Part shown: piece after piece, positions 9,004 through 13,965 of the stretch
Position numbering within the stretch: position 1 is the first letter of the stretch
Layout: each line of letters starts with the position of its first letter
Notes under the pieces: generated by a model
The model's database searches: none
What the model saw: only the letters and a program-made list of their open reading frames with translations
What the model was told of the DNA's origin: nothing
Made by a program: the position numbers and the translations under genes
Origin: Octopus sinensis
Taxonomy: Eukaryota
NCBI RefSeq assembly: GCF_006345805.1
Contig: NW_021825921.1
Location: 1-13,965 of the forward strand
Direction: 5' to 3'
DNA: 13,965 nucleotides

Positions 9004-9547
9004 TCTATTATATAAAATACGTTCTGTCTATGTGTGTGTGTGTCTTCTAGGATATCGGGCATCCTCCATCCGATTGCGCTCAAATTTGATATGTAGATAC
9101 CGACGGTAATCAGGGCGTGTATAAGTCTTGAAAAGATTACGAAAATCGATTCCAGGTGAGAATGTGATTGATAAAGCCGTTTTTGTCCTGCTTTTCTTCC
9201 GTCAACCTGTACATCACTGCACCTTCCAATTTTTTGTTGTTTATGTACTGCTTAAAGGCACGTTTATTTCCTGCCAAGCTTACTATTTAAAGCATGTTTG
9301 TGTTCTCCCAGTCAACAGCCTTATCATTACTGGTACTTTAAACTCTTCGTTTGCATATTTGTGTGAATAAAATCGTTTCTCTTTGGAATAGAAAAAAAGC
9401 CTGTCTTTATTTCTTCTCAAATTTAGGTTAAATCAGTGTTTCTCAAAGGGGAGGCCTATGGGACGGTCGGACAAGTTGTTTTGAGAAAATCTGGTTTAGA
9501 TGTTTTACAACTCAGCACCGTCCATTGGACGGGGGGCGTTTTGCTCG
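9004..9547 (+). mobile_element. Non-autonomous Helitron
   Basis: Inserted between A (9003) and T (9548). The 5' end is TCTATTATATAAAA followed by a CTGTCT/(GT)n tract. The 3' hairpin CCGTCCA-T-TGGACGG (9518-9532) lies 11 nt before the terminal CTCG, a variant of CTRR. Confidence 0.78.
9434..9493. mobile_element. 60-bp hAT (Charlie-type) mini-element inside the Helitron
   Basis: Terminal inverted repeats CAGTGTTTCTCAAA and TTTGAGAAAATCTG match at 12/14. The 8-bp flanks GGTTAAAT and GTTTAGAT match at 6/8. Confidence 0.72.
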
Positions 9548-9613
9548 TTCTATATATTAAAAAAAATTGCATTAACATTGAACGTTAAATTAGGGATGCG
9601 ACTTATACACAAG

Positions 9614-10011
9614 GTCCAGAAACCTGGACGTTATCAAAGAAGCTTGAGAGGCGGTTGGATGGAACCTACACTCGCCTCCTTATGAGAGCTCAAAATCTCT
9701 CGTGGAAGCGCCATCCAACCAAAATGCAAATATATGGGAAACTACCACCTGTGTCATCTCTTGTGAAAGGTAGGAGAGTCCAGTTTGCTGGACATTGTTG
9801 TAGAGCTGAAAAAGAGGTAATTTCTACTCTCCTCCTCTGGAAGCCATCTACTCGCAATGCCAGAGGGCGCACACTCTCCTACCCTGATGTAATCTCCAGG
9901 GATACAGGCATCCAGCAACAGGACCTCCGTAATGCTATGATGGACCGTGAAGTCTGGCGTAGCATGGTAAATTCCATTATCTCGACCACGGTCGAACAAT
10001 GATGATGATGA
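9614..10011 (+). mobile_element. 5'-truncated RTE-clade LINE with uninterrupted ORF C-terminus
   Basis: GPETWTLSKKLERRLDGTYTRLLM..SWKRHPT..IYGKLP..RRVQFAGHC..DREVWR, a (TGA)4 tail, and a 10-bp TSD TATACACAAG at 9604-9613 and 10012-10021. Confidence 0.95.
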
Positions 10012-10418
10012 TATACACAAGAGTGATTTATACACAAGTAAATACGATATGCAATTAAGTTACATCCCCTTACAGCTATGACAATAGTTTGTTTCTTAAG
10101 AGAATGTTGACATACATACCATACAAAATACAGGGATCTATGTATTCAACTCCAAACAAAATAATAAAAAACCCTTCATGTGATAGTTCCCAGATTCTCT
10201 GTATTTAAAGCACACGACATACCACGAGTCTGGATTCGAAACTGGGTCTATGTTTCTAAACTAACTTGATAAAGCTTGTATCCATTTGGTCTCTAATACT
10301 TGTACGTTAACTTTGTTGTTTTAATGATTTTTTTTTTGTTTTTGGTTTTGATTTTGTTCTTCTTTACCATAACAGAACACTTTTAAACTGTCATGTCACA
10401 TCAAGACAGAACAGACAT

Positions 10419-10448
10419 TCTCTCTCTCTCTCCCTCTCTCCTCCTCTC
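10419..10448. repeat. (CT)n microsatellite
   Basis: Read directly from the sequence. Confidence 0.9.
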
Positions 10449-10558
10449 ACATAATGCTCAACACAGATACTAAGAAAGACATATACATATACATATCGAG
10501 TCTAACACATATACACATATTTGTGCGTGTATGTATGCATGTATATGTGTGTGTTGCT

Positions 10559-10860
10559 GAGACCCTCTTCGGTCACGACACTGACCATGGGATTGCACAA
10601 GTCCGGGCAAGGTTGTTTACGTAAGACCAGCAGTCGCCCATGCATACCGGCCTCCACTCTCCACGCCACCAAGGGAAGGGCAAAGGACGATACAGCTTGG
10701 CACCTGTGACGTCGTAATTAATTTCTACAGTCGAGTAAACTGGAGCAACGTGAAATAAAGTGTCTTGCTCAAGAACACAACACGCAGCCCGTTCCGGGAT
10801 TCGAACTCACAATCTCACGATCGTAAGCTCGATGCTCTAACCACTGAGCCATGCGCCTTC
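10559..10860 (-). mobile_element. tRNA-headed SINE, family D
   Basis: The minus strand starts GAAGGCGCATGGCTCAGTGGTTAGAGC (A box), with GAGTTCGAATCCC (B box) and a GTGTTCTTGAGCAAGACAC core. Confidence 0.9.
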
Positions 10861-10861
10861 A

Positions 10862-11116
10862 CTTCATAGGGCCGGTTTCCCGGTTTCCTTGGCGTATAGG
10901 TTCCCCACCTGGACGGGACGCCGGTCTGTCGCAGGTGAACTGCAAGATGCAGGAGGGGAGAGTGAGAGAAGGTTGTGACGAAAGAGTCCGCAGAAGTTCG
11001 CCATTACCAGCTTTGGTGTTTTCGCTCATAAACACACACATCGCACGGTCTGAGATTCGAACCCAAGATCCCTCAACCATGAGTCCGCTGCTCTAACCAC
11101 TAGGCCATGTGCCTCC
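10862..11116 (-). mobile_element. tRNA-headed SINE, family B-related variant with a different 3' half
   Basis: The head GGAGGCACATGGCCTAGTGGTTAGAGCAGCGGACTC and the body up to CTCTCACTCT align with 2888-3075. The sequence then diverges to GGCGTCCCGTCCAGG..GGAAACCGGG. Confidence 0.88.
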
Positions 11117-11117
11117 A

Positions 11118-11204
11118 TGTGTGTGTATGTATAAATATATATGTGTATATATAGATGTATATATATATATGTGTGGTATATATAAGTATATATAGTATAT
11201 ATAC

Positions 11205-11254
<50 letters not shown>

Positions 11255-11521
11255 TATGTATATATATATATATATATATGTATAAATGTATATATATGTA
11301 TATGCATGTATATGTATATGTAAGTATACATGTTATGTATATATATGTGTATATATATGTATATGTATTATATATAGGTAATATATATTGTATACATATA
11401 TATACATATATATATATATATGTAACATATATATACCTATATATTATAGATATATCTAGGTATATATATGTATACATATTTTTATATATATATATATAAT
11501 ATATATATTATATATATATAT

Positions 11522-11557
<36 letters not shown>

Positions 11558-11626
11558 TATATTATACATATATATATGTAAATATAAACACACGGAAAAC
11601 ACACACACAACATACAGATATAATAT

Positions 11627-11666
<40 letters not shown>

Positions 11667-11672
11667 TTATAT

Positions 11673-11717
<45 letters not shown>

Positions 11718-11745
11718 CATATATACACACACATATAAATATATA
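11118..11745. repeat. ~630-bp impure (AT)n/(ATGT)n/(AC)n array
   Basis: Read directly from the sequence. Confidence 0.96.
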
Positions 11746-11867
11746 CGAGCTTTGGTCGGCCCGAGTCTATAGTAGAAGACAATCGCCCAAGGTGCCACGC
11801 AGTGGGACTGAACCCATAATCATGTGGTTGGTAAGCAAGCTACTTACCACACACCCACTCCTGCACC
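11743..11867 (-). mobile_element. SINE family A, 5' fragment with internal deletion
   Basis: Colinear with 2290-2456. Confidence 0.9.
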
Positions 11868-11907
11868 ACACACACACGCACGCATATAATATATATATAT
11901 ATATCGT

Positions 11908-12163
11908 GTCACTCCGTCGGTCACGATGACGAGGGCTCCAGATGATCCGATCAACGGAACAACTTGCTCGTGAAATTAACATGCAAGTGGCTGGGCACTC
12001 AATAGACACGTGTACTCTTAACGTAGTTCTCGGGGAGATTCAGCGTGACACAGGGTGTGACAAGGCTGACCCTTTGAAATACAGGTACAACAGAAACAGG
12101 AAGAAAGAGTGAGAGAAAGTTGTGGTGAAAGAATACAGCAGGCTTCTCACCACCCCTCGTGGA
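11908..12163 (-). mobile_element. SINE family B, 5'-truncated (no tRNA head)
   Basis: Its reverse complement aligns with about 2998-3263. Confidence 0.92.
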
Positions 12164-12261
12164 AGAAAATACGTGTAATAACAAGGGGAAACACGTAGTT
12201 TTCGCTGGTATGCATTTAATTTAATTAGATAACAAAGAAGGAGGAAGCAGAGCTGAGAGTA

Positions 12262-12312
12262 ACATTTACGATCGTTTCGATTTACTGGTTTAAGTAAATC
12301 TCTTCAGAATGC
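12262..12312 (-). ncRNA. Minimal type I hammerhead ribozyme with palindromic stem III (Penelope/retrozyme type)
   Basis: The minus strand reads GCAUU-CUGAAGA-GAUUUACU(UAAACC)AGUAAAUC-GAA-ACGAUCGU-A-AAUGU. It has a full CUGANGA and GAAA core, an 8-bp stem II closed by G10.1:C11.1, a GUA cleavage triplet and a 5-bp stem I. Confidence 0.88.
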
Positions 12313-12574
12313 GAATATAGATAGACGCATCGGTTACGATGTGAAAATAATTGATACATATGTGATGGTAATGTAAACAAAGGTAGTAAGTCTTACATTA
12401 AATTTTATTCTTGCGCTGGTAAATTCTTATACTACGGTATACCAACCGAACCACCTGCTACTGTACACTCTTACAAAAGACTGTACCTACACAGGTAATA
12501 ACCAGGAGCGGCTTTGGAGTTAATTATCTCTTAGAGGTATCAAACCCTTCTAACTGATACCTACACAACAATAA

Positions 12575-12575
<1 letters not shown>

Positions 12576-12618
<43 letters not shown>

Positions 12619-12627
12619 TGTGTGTGT

Positions 12628-12666
<39 letters not shown>

Positions 12667-12680
12667 ATATGTATGTATGT
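12576..12680. repeat. Compound (AT)n-(GT)n-(GTAT)n microsatellite
   Basis: Read directly from the sequence. Confidence 0.95.
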
Positions 12681-12827
12681 AGGTCTGGCTGTAAAACATG
12701 GTACATGTTTTTATCTTTCATTCCCTTCGAAATTGCTTTTAACTGTGGTTTTGGAGTTTTGAGTGTTCCTTCTAGCATGTAAGGCCGCCTGTTAAGGGTA
12801 TTCTCATTTTGTGTTTAAATTACACTG

Positions 12828-12860
<33 letters not shown>

Positions 12861-13068
12861 TTGGCCATACCGCAGTTCAACTATTACGCTCTCAGTGCAT
12901 CGTGGGTTTCTGCGACAGACAGGTATTTATATTTTTCTAGATTTGTTTTTTAATATTTCTATAGGGGATTTTGGAACGTAACACCTGTGGTAATTGCAGG
13001 ATTACTGGAAATATGTATATATACAAGTTGTATTTTTTTTTATTCGCTCTCTATTTATTTTCTCAATT

Positions 13069-13109
13069 ACGTCTCTGTTAAGAAGGTAGGCTCGAAACGT
13101 AAAAGACGT
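13069..13109 (+). ncRNA. Decayed type I hammerhead-like motif, probably in a Penelope-type terminal repeat
   Basis: ACGTCT-CTGTTAA-GAAG(GTAG)GCTC-GAAAC-GT-A-AA-AGACGT. The core has two substitutions, stem II is half lost, and stem I ACGTCT/AGACGT is intact. Confidence 0.5.
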
Positions 13110-13248
13110 TCTCACTTTCCTGAGCGTCAAACTAATTCACTACTTGATATTCATACACCTGCCTACGTTTTTTGCCTTTCTGTAAATTTCAACTATACAT
13201 ATATATATATATATATATACTATATATATATAATATATATATATATAT

Positions 13249-13387
13249 ACAACGGGCTTCTTTCAGCTTCCATCTACCAATCCACTCACAAGTAGAAGAC
13301 ACTTGCCTAAGGTTCCACGAGTGGGACGGAACCTGGTACCATGTGATTGTAAAGCAAGCTTCTTACCACGCAGTCACTCCTGCGCCT
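13249..13387 (-). mobile_element. SINE family A, 5' fragment with internal deletion
   Basis: Colinear with 2292-2456, and preceded by (AT)n at 13195-13249. Confidence 0.9.
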
Positions 13388-13623
13388 ACTCACAGCTACT
13401 GCTGTGTGTAGGTACATGTGTGTATATGTGTGTGCGTCTCTATGCGAAAATATGTCTCTACGCTTATGTATCTTCCGATGTATGTGTGTGTACGTGTACG
13501 AACGATGGTGTATATATGTGTGTGCGTATCTTTCTGTACGTGTTTCTCTTTGTATGTATGTCTGCTTACGTGCGCATATATATCTGTATGTGTGCGCGTG
13601 TCCGTGTCACCGCGGAGTAAATG

Positions 13624-13696
13624 TCGTTTAACATCAAGTCGGGCATGACTTCACAGACCTATGATCAAAGGCGTTCCAGTCGAGACCATCGCGTTT
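13624..13696 (+). repeat. Degenerate ~70-bp interspersed repeat relic, copy 2
   Basis: Aligns with 71-140. Confidence 0.5.
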
Positions 13697-13830
13697 CATA
13701 AATTAGTTCAGATATAATTTGTATAAAAACTACATAATCAAACGTGTCCTTCCGTTTAAGCGATTTTAGGGTTTTGCAATTAGAGAGGAATTTTATTATT
13801 TCTAACAGGTTGATGGACCATATACAGACT

Positions 13831-13835
<5 letters not shown>

Positions 13836-13899
<64 letters not shown>

Positions 13900-13920
13900 T
13901 GTGTGTGTGTGCGTGTGTGT
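13836..13920. repeat. (GT)n microsatellite
   Basis: Read directly from the sequence. Confidence 0.97.
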
Positions 13921-13965
13921 GATTGAGTGTGTTGTGCGTGTGGGAGAGAGTGAAAGAGTATTTGT

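Larger units (their letters stand above)
8913..10047. mobile_element. Old Tc1/mariner-superfamily MITE (Tc2/pogo-type ends), about 180 bp natively, split by later insertions
   Basis: TA flanks at 8911-8912 and 10048-10049. The left end CAGCATTAACTCGAGTATAAGTTGC matches the reverse complement of the right end TCGTATTTACTTGTGTATAAATCAC at 16/25. The right end has doubled subterminal units GCGACTTATACACAAG and GTGATTTATACACAAG. Confidence 0.7.

Noticed and set aside
9128-9370. ORF inside the Helitron, and the minus-strand frame VDWENTN..KKLEGAVMYR, as a captured gene fragment
   Set aside because: There is no recognisable motif and the frames contain stops. Only a BLASTx search could rescue it.
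10205-10250. GGATTCGAA B-box-like motif on the minus strand
   Set aside because: I found no A box or alignable body, so it is too decayed to call.
11100-11782. Long ORFs rich in Y/I, and similar ones at 568-840, 771-1133, 1527-1724, 7386-7794 and 13303-13926
   Set aside because: They are translations of (AT)n, (ATCT)n, (ACAT)n and (GT)n microsatellites, which lack stop codons.
12693-12711. AAAACATG-GTA-CATGTTTT hairpin, and TACGTGT/ACACGTA near 12170-12200
   Set aside because: Short AT-rich stems like these are expected by chance, and there is no other support.

Overview
AT-rich, non-genic or intronic animal DNA with no supportable host protein-coding gene. The tRNA-headed SINE families and dense (AT)n/(TAA)n/(ACAT)n/(GT)n microsatellites match coleoid cephalopod DNA, probably Octopus (from recall, not a search). 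The window is a layered transposon deposit. It holds a decayed RTE/BovB-type LINE (~2520-5613) carrying a SINE and a 78-bp fold-back insert, both with 14-bp target-site duplications (TSDs). It holds a rearranged R4/Dong-type retroelement (6261-7546) next to a 600-bp TAA/ATT array. A four-superfamily nest (Tc1/mariner MITE, Helitron, 60-bp hAT, RTE) spans 8913-10047, and there are ten SINE copies or fragments from four to five families. The most notable non-annotated signals are a core-intact minimal type I hammerhead ribozyme on the minus strand (12262-12312), two decayed hammerhead-like motifs (13069-13109 and 8021-8074), and a cryptic 46-bp tandem array (265-655). Most ORFs in the supplied track are microsatellite or antisense artefacts. 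LINE boundaries and family names are by-eye assignments.
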